Shown piece after piece: positions 1 to 7,795 of a stretch of DNA of 43,262 bases. The position numbers and the translations under genes are program-made. Origin of the DNA: an uncultured Blautia sp. (lineage in GTDB: Bacteria; Bacillota; Clostridia; Lachnospirales; Lachnospiraceae). The number at the start of each line of letters is the position of its first letter. Position 1 is the first letter of the stretch. The stretch spans positions 1-43,262 of the forward strand of contig CALWGI010000001.1 in NCBI GenBank assembly GCA_944380045.1, written 5' to 3'. A model generated the notes under the pieces. That model searched no databases, was not told the DNA's origin, and worked only from the letters and a program-made list of their open reading frames with translations.

Positions 1-535
1 TCAGTTCTTTTTTTGTTTTTACATGTCTGCGATCACCCTGCAGATCTTCATATTCATCAGGAAGTTCTTTATCTTTCCTGCAAAGCTCGGCGATCACATA
101 AAGAATAATAAGGAAAAGAATAACCAGGCCAAGAATGATGAGTCCCTCAATACTCTCGGTGGCAACAAGCAGATATCCGATAAAGCCGACTGTCACAACC
201 ACCTTGGGAACCCAGTTCTTTACTGATACGATAATACGTTCTGAATTATCAGAGTCCGGACTTGTTACTGTTCCTATATTATTATTAACCTCTAAAAGAT
301 TATAGCGATATGTCTTCCCTTCATCCTCAACCAGGATCGGCGTACCGACGTTCACTTCTTCCGTCCGCACCGGCACAGCGTAGGTTACCGAACCAAGAGG
401 AAGATTCGTAGCTTTGTCAGCATTGTCCACGATCACTGTTCTGACCCCGAAAAACGGCGGAAGCGCCAGCGCCAGCACAAGTATGATCGTACATACGATC
501 ACAAAATGTACAATAAACTTCAAAAATTTAGACAT
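1..535 (-). CDS. Membrane protein resembling signal peptidase I (S26B/SipW) but lacking catalytic residues; 3' end runs off the window
   Basis: Absent from the ORF track because there is no stop in the window. Manual translation from ATG 535 (GAGGG RBS): MSKFLKFIVHFVIVCTIILVLALALPPFFGVRTVIVDNADKATNLPLGSVTY...PKVVVTVGFIGYLL...GLIILGLVILFLIILYVIAELCRKDKELPDEYEDL...; N-terminal TM, beta-rich domain, C-terminal TM, charged tail. Confidence 0.75.
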   Translation of the reverse strand, partial: MSKFLKFIVHFVIVCTIILVLALALPPFFGVRTVIVDNADKATNLPLGSVTYAVPVRTEEVNVGTPILVEDEGKTYRYNLLEVNNNIGTVTSPDSDNSERIIVSVKNWVPKVVVTVGFIGYLLVATESIEGLIILGLVILFLIILYVIAELCRKDKELPDEYEDLQGDRRHVKTKKEL

Positions 536-589
536 TACAGTATCCCTCACTTCTGTTTTTGTGGTGGTGAAATTTTATTAAGTGTCCTC

Positions 590-618
590 ATTATACCCTG
601 TTTTTTTCTTTCGGTCAA
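590..618 (-). promoter_or_regulatory. sigmaA-type promoter for the 1..535 gene
   Basis: TTGACC-N17-TATAAT on the minus strand. Confidence 0.7.
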
Positions 619-664
619 CTTATAATCTCCGCAAGCAGACAAGAAAGAACACGATTTCCCATAT

Positions 665-720
665 AAAACCAAAAGCGCTGTGCCGGAATTGGTCTTCCTC
701 CCGGTCAGCGCTTTGTTTTT
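665..720 (-). terminator. Intrinsic terminator after crh (possibly bidirectional)
   Basis: aaagcgctg..ccgg / ccgg.cagcgcttt inverted repeat flanked by A and T tracts. Confidence 0.7.
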
Positions 721-741
721 AAGTCTCTGTTTATCTCTTCT

Positions 742-996
742 TTACTGATTGCTTAAATACTTCTCTATACTGGACATTGCAGCTTCTTCATCTTCGCCGT
801 TTGCAGACAAAGTAATTTCTTCGCCGGAATCCAGACCAAGGGTCATCATGCCCATAATACTCTTCGCATTAACCTTCTTCTTTCCAATTTCAACATAAAT
901 CTCGCTGTTAAACTGGCTTGCCACCTGGACCAGCTGAGCGACCGGACGCGCTTCAAGGCCTGTAGCCAGCTGAATGGTGATTGGTTTTTTGATCAT
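742..996 (-). CDS. crh: HPr-family protein, Crh-like (no His15; Ser46 retained)
   Basis: GLEARP in place of GLHARP; NAKSIMG Ser46 motif; lies after rapZ-whiA like B. subtilis crh. Confidence 0.85.
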   Translation of the reverse strand: MIKKPITIQLATGLEARPVAQLVQVASQFNSEIYVEIGKKKVNAKSIMGMMTLGLDSGEEITLSANGEDEEAAMSSIEKYLSNQ

Positions 997-1940
997 AATA
1001 ACTCCTCCTTGTTTACCCGCAACTCATCCGCTATGGCGCTGAGCTTTCTCAGACGGTGATTCACTCCCGACTTTCCCACCTGCGGGTTTAACATCATTCC
1101 TAATTCTTTAAGTGTAGCTTCCGGGTACTGCAATCTCAGCTCCGCAATTTCCGCAAGACCTTCGTTCAGGGTATGGAACCCCTTTTTTTCTTCAATAAGT
1201 TTAATGTCTTCGATCTGCTTCACTGCCGCACTAACCGTTTTATTAATATTTGCCATTTCGCAGTTTACTTTTCTGTTGACAGAGTTGCGCATTTCTTTCA
1301 GAATCCGTATGTTTTCCAGATTCATAAGCGCCACATTCGCCTCCATAACCGCCAGGATATCCACAATCTGCGCTCCTTCTTTCACATAGACCACATATGA
1401 CTTCTTGCGCAGTACAACCTTGGCGTCAATCTGGAAACTGCGGATCAGATTCTGCAGCTGCCCGGCTTTTTTCTCATCCGGACATACTATTTCGAAATGA
1501 TACCCTTTTTCCGGATCACTGATTGAACCGGAGGCGAGAAAAGCCCCCCGGATAAACGCCCTTTTGCAGCATGTCTGCTGCGTGATCAGACTGTTTTCCG
1601 GAAAAAGGTGTCCTCCGCTGCCCTGTTCCAGAGAAAGCTTCGTTCCCAACAGAACCGTCTGAATCAGATCCGGATCGCATATTGTCACATAGTACATATG
1701 CCCCTTCTTCATCTGACGGTTTTCGCGAACAGCAATTTCTGTCTCTATATTAAATGTTTTTTGTACCAATGTAAAGTATTTTCTTATAACAGCCGGATTT
1801 TCCGTCTGCATATGCAGCGCTCCCTCCGGAGTTATTTTGCCGCACAAACTCAGAAGCGCCGCAATTTCGGCCACACGGCAGTGTCTGGCCGTGCTGATCT
1901 GCCGCGACAGCTCATCCTTTACAGTCCCTGAAAAAGACAA
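993..1940 (-). CDS. whiA: DNA-binding protein WhiA
   Basis: MSFS..VKDEL start (TTG), AFIRGAFLASGSISDP..YHFEI, VNRKVNCEMANINK, C-terminal HTH KSGVNHRLRKL. Confidence 0.95.
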   Translation of the reverse strand: MSFSGTVKDELSRQISTARHCRVAEIAALLSLCGKITPEGALHMQTENPAVIRKYFTLVQKTFNIETEIAVRENRQMKKGHMYYVTICDPDLIQTVLLGTKLSLEQGSGGHLFPENSLITQQTCCKRAFIRGAFLASGSISDPEKGYHFEIVCPDEKKAGQLQNLIRSFQIDAKVVLRKKSYVVYVKEGAQIVDILAVMEANVALMNLENIRILKEMRNSVNRKVNCEMANINKTVSAAVKQIEDIKLIEEKKGFHTLNEGLAEIAELRLQYPEATLKELGMMLNPQVGKSGVNHRLRKLSAIADELRVNKEELL

Positions 1941-2000
1941 TTCTTATTTCTCCCATCTTCTGTTCCGTTTCAGATTTTTATTAAACTGTTATAAAACAGA

Positions 2001-2879
2001 TTATTTTTTTAACCGGGCGTCTTTGCCGATATCCCTGTGCTCCAGCCGGATACCGTATTCTTTTGTCTCTATCAGTCTCTCATACAGAACCCTTGCAAGA
2101 GTTACGGACCGATGCTTTCCGCCTGTACACCCGATGGCGATCACAAGACTGGTCTTCCCTTCCTTCGCGTAGTTCGGAATGAGGAACTTCACCATATCTT
2201 CGAGCTTTGCCGCAAATTCCCTGGCGGCATCATTATCCATCACATATCTGAACACATCCTCGTCCATACCTGTATGCGCTCTCAGCTCATCTACGTAATA
2301 CGGATTCGGAAGGAATCTCACGTCAAACACCAGGTCAGCGTCATCCGGGATCCCATATTTAAAGCCGAAGGACAATACAGAGATCACCATGTTGCGGAAT
2401 TTCCCGTTGTCCACAAAGATCCGACCGATTTCCTCTCTCAGTTCCCTGGTAAGAAGATGGGTGGTATCGATAATATAATCCGCATGTTCCTTGAGGAACT
2501 CCATTTTCTTTCTTTCCAGGCGGATACCGTCGTCCACTCTTCCGGACATCGCCAGAGGATGGCTTCGCCGTGATTCCTTATAACGTTTTATCAGGACTCT
2601 GTCCTCCGCGTCCAGAAAAAGGATTTCATATTTCTGTCCTGAACTGCTCAGCTTCTCCAGCTCCACCTCCAGTTCATCAAGGGCCCGTCCGCTGCGGACG
2701 TCTATACCTATAGCCGCATTCTGCACGTCTTCACCCTGCGCTCCTTCCATCAGGGAAACAAATTTCCCCAGCAGCTGGATCGGAAGATTATCCACGCAGA
2801 AATACCGCGCGTCTTCCAGCATTTTTAAAGCGGTTGATTTTCCCGCTCCGGATAATCCGGTGACAATTACAAGCCGCAT
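2001..2879 (-). CDS. rapZ: RNase adapter RapZ / YvcJ P-loop NTPase
   Basis: VTGLSGAGKS, CVDNLP, SFGFKYGIP, DVRFLPNPYY, IGCTGGKHRSV. Confidence 0.95.
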   Translation of the reverse strand: MRLVIVTGLSGAGKSTALKMLEDARYFCVDNLPIQLLGKFVSLMEGAQGEDVQNAAIGIDVRSGRALDELEVELEKLSSSGQKYEILFLDAEDRVLIKRYKESRRSHPLAMSGRVDDGIRLERKKMEFLKEHADYIIDTTHLLTRELREEIGRIFVDNGKFRNMVISVLSFGFKYGIPDDADLVFDVRFLPNPYYVDELRAHTGMDEDVFRYVMDNDAAREFAAKLEDMVKFLIPNYAKEGKTSLVIAIGCTGGKHRSVTLARVLYERLIETKEYGIRLEHRDIGKDARLKK

Positions 2880-2899
2880 TCCCTATCTCCCGTTTCCTC

Positions 2900-3811
2900 T
2901 TAGAATTCCCCCAGAAACTTCACTTCCGGTTCAAGGGTCACTCCGAACTTCTCTTCCACTGTACGCACCACATGATCTATCAGTTCTCTCACGTCTTTGG
3001 CAGTTGCCCCTCCTGTATTGATCACAAAGCCGCAGTGTTTTTCCGATACCTGCGCGCCGCCCACACGGTATCCTCTCAGTCCGCTGTCCATAATGAGCTT
3101 TCCCGCAAAATGGCCTTCCGGCCTCTTGAAGGTACTTCCGGCGCTGGGATATTCCAGCGGCTGTTTTTCTGTACGTTTATCGGCGAGCTCTTTCATTTTG
3201 GCCTGGATCACCTGCGGATCGCCTTCCTCCAGCGCGATCACAGCTTCCAGTACAAGATACCCCGCTTTCCGTATAATACTGGTCCGGTATCCAAGTTCAA
3301 GCTGCTGCGCCGGCAGGGTCCGGATATCGCCTTCCGCGGTCATAACAGTAACTTCTTTAAGAACATCTTTCATTTCTCCGCCGTAAGCCCCCGCGTTCAT
3401 GACAACCGCGCCGCCCAGAGTCCCCGGAATCCCTCCCGCGAACTCAAATCCTGTAAGGGAAGCTTTCCTGGCCGCCGCCGCTATAGAAGAGAGAAGCGCG
3501 CCGGCACATGCACGGATCTCCGTACCTTCAAGTTCTATTTTCCCCATATTGCGATCCATCTGAATGATCACTCCGCGATACCCGCTGTCGCTGACGAGCA
3601 GGTTGCTTCCATTCCCCAGTATGAAATACGGCAGCTGTTCCTCCCTGCAGAGCTTCAGCGCGCCGCATATCTGTTCAACAGATTCCGGCACAAGGAAAAC
3701 CTCCGCCGGCCCTCCGATACGAAATGTGGTATGCCGGTTCATTGGTTCCTGAAAAAGAACTCTCTCTTCTCCAAGAAGGTCACAAAATTTCTGTTTGATA
3801 TCAGTATTCAC
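2900..3811 (-). CDS. murB: UDP-N-acetylmuramate dehydrogenase
   Basis: HTTFRIGGPA, GNGSNLL, GIPGTLGGAVVMNAGAYG, SAGSTFKRP, LEPEV. Start reassigned to GTG 3811 (AGAGGAG RBS 9 nt upstream). Confidence 0.95.
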   Translation of the reverse strand: MNTDIKQKFCDLLGEERVLFQEPMNRHTTFRIGGPAEVFLVPESVEQICGALKLCREEQLPYFILGNGSNLLVSDSGYRGVIIQMDRNMGKIELEGTEIRACAGALLSSIAAAARKASLTGFEFAGGIPGTLGGAVVMNAGAYGGEMKDVLKEVTVMTAEGDIRTLPAQQLELGYRTSIIRKAGYLVLEAVIALEEGDPQVIQAKMKELADKRTEKQPLEYPSAGSTFKRPEGHFAGKLIMDSGLRGYRVGGAQVSEKHCGFVINTGGATAKDVRELIDHVVRTVEEKFGVTLEPEVKFLGEF

Positions 3812-3843
3812 AGATTCTACTCCTCTATCTTTCCATTTATTAA

Positions 3844-3907
3844 ATACGGAAGCTTCCGTATATATACCATCACACTGCAGTATATCATCTGCCCTTTCCG
3901 CCTGCCA
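3844..3907 (-). promoter_or_regulatory. Extended -10 sigmaA promoter for the murB operon plus a downstream 18-bp palindrome
   Basis: TGGCAG-N17-TATACT with TGn (3879-3907); ATACGGAAGCTTCCGTAT at 3844-3861. Confidence 0.55.
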
Positions 3908-4604
3908 GAATATCCCGCACCACTTCCCCGGCAATAAGCATTCCCGCCGCGCCGGGGACAAAGCAGACGCTCCCTGCCGCCATACCGGCTTCCGAGAACT
4001 TCCTGTCCTCCGACGGCCGGTATGGACGTTCTCTGGAAAACAGCACCTTTACTCTGCGGATCCCTTTTTTTCTTAATTCCGTGCGGAGTATTTTAGCGGC
4101 GGGACATACGCTTGTCCTGGATATATCGGCAATCTCAAACCTGCCCGGGTTCAGGCGGCCGCAGGTTGACAGGCATGATATCACCGGCACACGGCACGCC
4201 TTCGCCTGTTCGATCAGCAATATCTTGGACGGCATTGTGTCTATCGTGTCCACAATATAATCATAATTCTTCAGATCAAACATGCCCGCAGTGTCTTCAT
4301 TATAAAAAGTCTCATACGTATGGACCAGGATATTTTCATCGATATCCCGGATCCGTTCTTTCGCAACCTGGACCTTCTTCCTGCCAACTGTGGACTGCAG
4401 AGCAAAAAGCTGCCTGTTAATATTTGATGCGGATATAACATCGTGATCTATCAGTGTCAGACTCCCGACGCCGCACCTGGCAAGCGCCTCAACCACATAG
4501 GAGCCGGCTCCTCCCAGGCCGAACACCGCTATCTTTGCCCTTCCCAGCCGGTCGGTTCCCTCTTCGCCCACTAATAATTCCATCTGAGAAAACGCGTCGT
4601 ACAT
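3885..4604 (-). CDS. tcdA: tRNA threonylcarbamoyladenosine dehydratase (ThiF/E1-like family)
   Basis: GLGGAG, DHDVISASNINRQ, DTID, TSVCP.AK..R.ELRK.GI, GSVCFVP; start at ATG 4604 behind AGGAGG. Confidence 0.8.
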   Translation of the reverse strand: MYDAFSQMELLVGEEGTDRLGRAKIAVFGLGGAGSYVVEALARCGVGSLTLIDHDVISASNINRQLFALQSTVGRKKVQVAKERIRDIDENILVHTYETFYNEDTAGMFDLKNYDYIVDTIDTMPSKILLIEQAKACRVPVISCLSTCGRLNPGRFEIADISRTSVCPAAKILRTELRKKGIRRVKVLFSRERPYRPSEDRKFSEAGMAAGSVCFVPGAAGMLIAGEVVRDILAGGKGR

Positions 4605-4651
4605 GCGCATGCCTCCTGCCCGTAATTTACTCATCCAAAACCTGTTTTTTT

Positions 4652-4680
4652 ATTATAACATCCGCCGAAAGAGAAGTACA
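4652..4680 (-). promoter_or_regulatory. sigmaA promoter for tcdA
   Basis: TGTACT-N17-TATAAT with TGn extension. Confidence 0.6.
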
Positions 4681-4707
4681 GGTTTTCATTTTTTTTTAAG
4701 AATTAAC

Positions 4708-4736
4708 GTATTTTTTCCGGATGTTTCCGCATAATA
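4708..4736 (+). promoter_or_regulatory. sigmaG-type forespore promoter for the spoVA operon
   Basis: GTATT-N17-CATAATA upstream of the AAGGAGG RBS; close to the sigmaG consensus, and spoVA is a known sigmaG target. Confidence 0.6.
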
Positions 4737-4759
4737 ACCTTCAAAAGGAGGAAATATCC

Positions 4760-5176
4760 ATGTGGCAGCAGCTGTTTCTCTGCATTCTCGGGCTGTGTTC
4801 CGGGGTCGTCATCGCCAGCGGTGTGGCAGGTCTTCTCATCGGACTGTCCATTATCCCGCGCTACGCAGGCATCACCCGCACAGGCAGATATGTACTTATA
4901 TATGAGGACGCCGCCTTTCTTGGTATCGTCCTGGGAAACGCAGCCGTTCTTTTCCGCTTCCATATACCTGCCGGAACTCTTTTTCTGATCCTGTTCGGTT
5001 CTTTTTCCGGGCTCTTTCTCGGAAGCTGGATTCTGGCGCTGGCAGAAGTTGCCGACATGTTTCCCGTTTTCGCGCGCCGCGTCCGCCTGACCGAAGGCAT
5101 ACCTGCGATCATCCTTTCGCTGGCCCTGGGCAAATGTCTGGGAAGTTTTATCTACTACTTCTGCAGCTGGCAGTAA
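4760..5176 (+). CDS. spoVAB: Stage V sporulation protein AB
   Basis: Hydrophobic; IIPRYAGIT.T...V..YED, G.F.G...ALAEV...FP...RR, ALGK..GS; ATG 4760 after AAGGAGG. Confidence 0.85.
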   Translation: MWQQLFLCILGLCSGVVIASGVAGLLIGLSIIPRYAGITRTGRYVLIYEDAAFLGIVLGNAAVLFRFHIPAGTLFLILFGSFSGLFLGSWILALAEVADMFPVFARRVRLTEGIPAIILSLALGKCLGSFIYYFCSWQ

Positions 5177-5246
5177 GATCCAGTAATTATATGCACAAAC
5201 AGCACCGGATGTCAATGAACATATTTTTTCAGGAAAGGAACAACCT

Positions 5247-5705
5247 ATGATATCTGATAAACAGCAGAAACAATACGAACAATATGTAAAAGAAATGACC
5301 CCTGTCCACAGTCTTCCGGCAAACATGGCGAAGGCTTTCCTCACCGGCGGACTGATCTGTCTTCTCGGTCAGTGGATCCAGAATACCGCAGCGTATCTTG
5401 GAGCTGATCTCAAAGACGCAGGCACCTGGTGTTCACTTATTCTTATTTTTCTCAGCGTCCTGCTGACAGGGCTGAACATCTATCCCCGGATCGGAAAATT
5501 CGGCGGGGCGGGAAGTCTTGTCCCCATTACCGGATTCGCCAATTCCGTAGCCTCATCAGCCGTGGAATTCCGGACGGAAGGACAGATATTCGGCATTGGC
5601 TGTAAGATTTTCACCATAGCGGGTCCGGTCATTTTATACGGAATCCTGAGTTCATGGATTCTCGGAGTTATATACTATTTTCTCAAAGTTGCGGAGGTAC
5701 TATGA
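5247..5705 (+). CDS. spoVAC: Stage V sporulation protein AC
   Basis: AFLTGGLIC..GQ, GGAGSLVPITGFANSV.S.A.EF.TEG, KIFTIAGPVILYG. Confidence 0.93.
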   Translation: MISDKQQKQYEQYVKEMTPVHSLPANMAKAFLTGGLICLLGQWIQNTAAYLGADLKDAGTWCSLILIFLSVLLTGLNIYPRIGKFGGAGSLVPITGFANSVASSAVEFRTEGQIFGIGCKIFTIAGPVILYGILSSWILGVIYYFLKVAEVL

Positions 5706-6766
5706 AAAACATGATCCAGGCAGGCACTTCCAGTGCGGCATTCAGATTTCCGGTATATATTCAGAGCGCCGCGTCAATAGCGGGCAAAAAAGAAGGCGAA
5801 GGACCTCTGAAAGACTCGTTTGACAGGATCATCGACGATCCTCTCCTCGGGAAAGACAGCTGGGAATCTGCCGAAAGCATGCTCCAGAAAAAAGCTTCCG
5901 CCCTTGCGGTAAAAAAAGCGGGACTGGATACAAAAGATATACGGCTCGCTTTCGCCGGCGATCTCCTGGCCCAGACCACGGCCTCCTCTTTCGGGACAGC
6001 CGGGATGGGAATTCCATTTTACGGGCTTTACGCAGCCTGTTCCACCATGGGAGAAGCTCTTTCCCTGGGCGCTATGGCAGTGTCCGCCGGATTTGGAGAT
6101 CATATTCTCTGCGCCACTTCCAGCCACTTCGCCTCTGCCGAAAAAGAATTCCGTTACCCTCTGGGATACGGAAACCAGCGTCCTCTGTCCGCCACCTGGA
6201 CCGTAACCGGAAGCGGCGCATGTATCATCGGTTCCGATCCTCCGGAGACAGAAAACTCACCTGATTCTCTCCGTTCCGGGAACCGGTGCGCTGTGATCAC
6301 CGGCATAACTGCCGGCAGGATCATCGACTTCGGCTTCCGGGATTCCCTCAACATGGGGGCCTGTATGGCGCCTGCGGCCTGCGATACCATTCTACGCAAT
6401 CTTTCTGATTTCGGCAGAACTCCTTCTGATTATGACGCGATAGTCACCGGAGATCTGGGAATTGTCGGCCGCAATATCCTTTTGGACATGCTCCGCAAAA
6501 ACGGAACGGATATCGGCGATATTCATCAGGACTGCGGACTTATGATCTACGACAACAGTACGCAGGATACCCATTCCGGCGGCAGCGGATGCGGATGCTC
6601 CGCCGTTGTACTTGCCGCCTGTCTCCTGCCCCGGATCATCGGGGGACAATGGAAACGCATGCTTTTTATTCCCACCGGCGCCATGCTTTCCAAAGTCACC
6701 TACAACGAAGGGGCTTCCGTTCCCGGGATAGCCCACGCTGTTGTCATAGAACTCATGGAAATATAA
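5702..6766 (+). CDS. spoVAD: Stage V sporulation protein AD (DPA-binding, thiolase-like fold)
   Basis: GKKEGEGPL, SWE.AE, AGDLL.Q, GLY.ACST, TSSHF.SAE, WTVTGSG, NMGA.MAPAA, GGSGCGCSA, IAHAV; ATG 5702 after GGAGG overlaps the spoVAC stop. Confidence 0.95.
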   Translation: MKNMIQAGTSSAAFRFPVYIQSAASIAGKKEGEGPLKDSFDRIIDDPLLGKDSWESAESMLQKKASALAVKKAGLDTKDIRLAFAGDLLAQTTASSFGTAGMGIPFYGLYAACSTMGEALSLGAMAVSAGFGDHILCATSSHFASAEKEFRYPLGYGNQRPLSATWTVTGSGACIIGSDPPETENSPDSLRSGNRCAVITGITAGRIIDFGFRDSLNMGACMAPAACDTILRNLSDFGRTPSDYDAIVTGDLGIVGRNILLDMLRKNGTDIGDIHQDCGLMIYDNSTQDTHSGGSGCGCSAVVLAACLLPRIIGGQWKRMLFIPTGAMLSKVTYNEGASVPGIAHAVVIELMEI

Positions 6767-6779
6767 GGAGGTCAGATCT

Positions 6780-7136
6780 ATGGATTACCTTAATGCATTC
6801 TGGGTCGGAGGTGTCATCTGCGCTCTGGTACAGATTCTTCTCGACAGAACCAAACTTCTTCCCGGAAGAGTCATGGTACTTCTCGTATGCTCCGGGGCAG
6901 TGCTGAGCGCGCTGGGACTCTATCAGCCGCTGATCGATTACGCGGGGGCGGGGGCCTCGGTTCCTCTCCTCGGATTCGGCAGTCTTCTCTGGAACGGCAT
7001 GAAGGAAGCCATTGACCGGGACGGATTCCTCGGCCTGTTTACCGGAGGATTTACCGCCTGCGCGGCAGGAGTGTCGGCAGCCCTGATTTTTTCTTACCTG
7101 GCAAGCCTTGTTTTTCGTCCGAAAACAAAGAAATAA
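6780..7136 (+). CDS. spoVAE: Stage V sporulation protein AE (SpoVAEb-like)
   Basis: YLNAFWVGG.IC...Q.L.D.TKL.PGR, AGAGASVPL.GFG, F.PK. Confidence 0.92.
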   Translation: MDYLNAFWVGGVICALVQILLDRTKLLPGRVMVLLVCSGAVLSALGLYQPLIDYAGAGASVPLLGFGSLLWNGMKEAIDRDGFLGLFTGGFTACAAGVSAALIFSYLASLVFRPKTKK

Positions 7137-7162
7137 GCCAAAAATATATTAAGGAGAAGAAA

Positions 7163-7795
7163 ATGTCCATGAACGATACCCTCTATCTCCAGCTGGACGC
7201 CAACGTGATCGTCCGTCATCCTCACGTATACCTGCAGGACATTGCCAGACTGTCGTGCACAAATCCGGTGGTTCTGAACCGGCTCCGTGTCCTGGCTGTT
7301 GCCAATCTTGATCCGGAACGTCCCGGCCGCTATGTTATGTCGGTCATGGATCTTATAGAACTGATCCGCAAAAAAGAACCGGCTCTCACCATCGCCCCTC
7401 TGGGGGAGGCTGATTTCATCCTCACCTACGAAAAACCTTCGGCACATCATATGATCCTGCGCGTTATCAAAATAGCATTTATCTGTCTGGCGTCTTTTTT
7501 CGGAGCTGCTTTTTCTATTATGACTTTTAACACCGACGCAGATGTAGGCACTCTTTTCGCGCAGATTTATGCGCAGGTGACAGGACAGACCTCCAGCGGG
7601 TTTACTGTTCTGGAAATTTCCTACTCTATAGGTCTCGGGCTCGGCGTCCTGTTTTTTTTCAACCATTTCGGCCATATGAAAATAACGTCCGATCCCACTC
7701 CCATGCAGGTACAGATGCGGTGTTATGAAGATGATATCAACAAAACCATCATAGAAGACATCAGCCGGCAGCATTCCAATCAGGAATCCTCATGA
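7163..7795 (+). CDS. spoVAA: Stage V sporulation protein AA
   Basis: V.LQDIA, V.SVMDLI, FFGAAFSIMTFN.D, ISYSIGLGLG...FFNH, DPTPMQVQMR.YE. Confidence 0.88.
   Translation: MSMNDTLYLQLDANVIVRHPHVYLQDIARLSCTNPVVLNRLRVLAVANLDPERPGRYVMSVMDLIELIRKKEPALTIAPLGEADFILTYEKPSAHHMILRVIKIAFICLASFFGAAFSIMTFNTDADVGTLFAQIYAQVTGQTSSGFTVLEISYSIGLGLGVLFFFNHFGHMKITSDPTPMQVQMRCYEDDINKTIIEDISRQHSNQESS

Noticed and set aside
3812-3961. 50-aa N-terminal extension of MurB in the ORF track
   Set aside because: It overlaps tcdA and the promoter; the RBS supports GTG 3811. Extended starts for valS, folC, addB, cdd, spoVAB, spoVAD, SASP and the methyltransferase were trimmed for the same reason.
5177-5246. Internal sporulation promoter between spoVAB and spoVAC
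   Set aside because: CATATTTT resembles a sigmaE/K -10, but no -35 occurs at the proper spacing.
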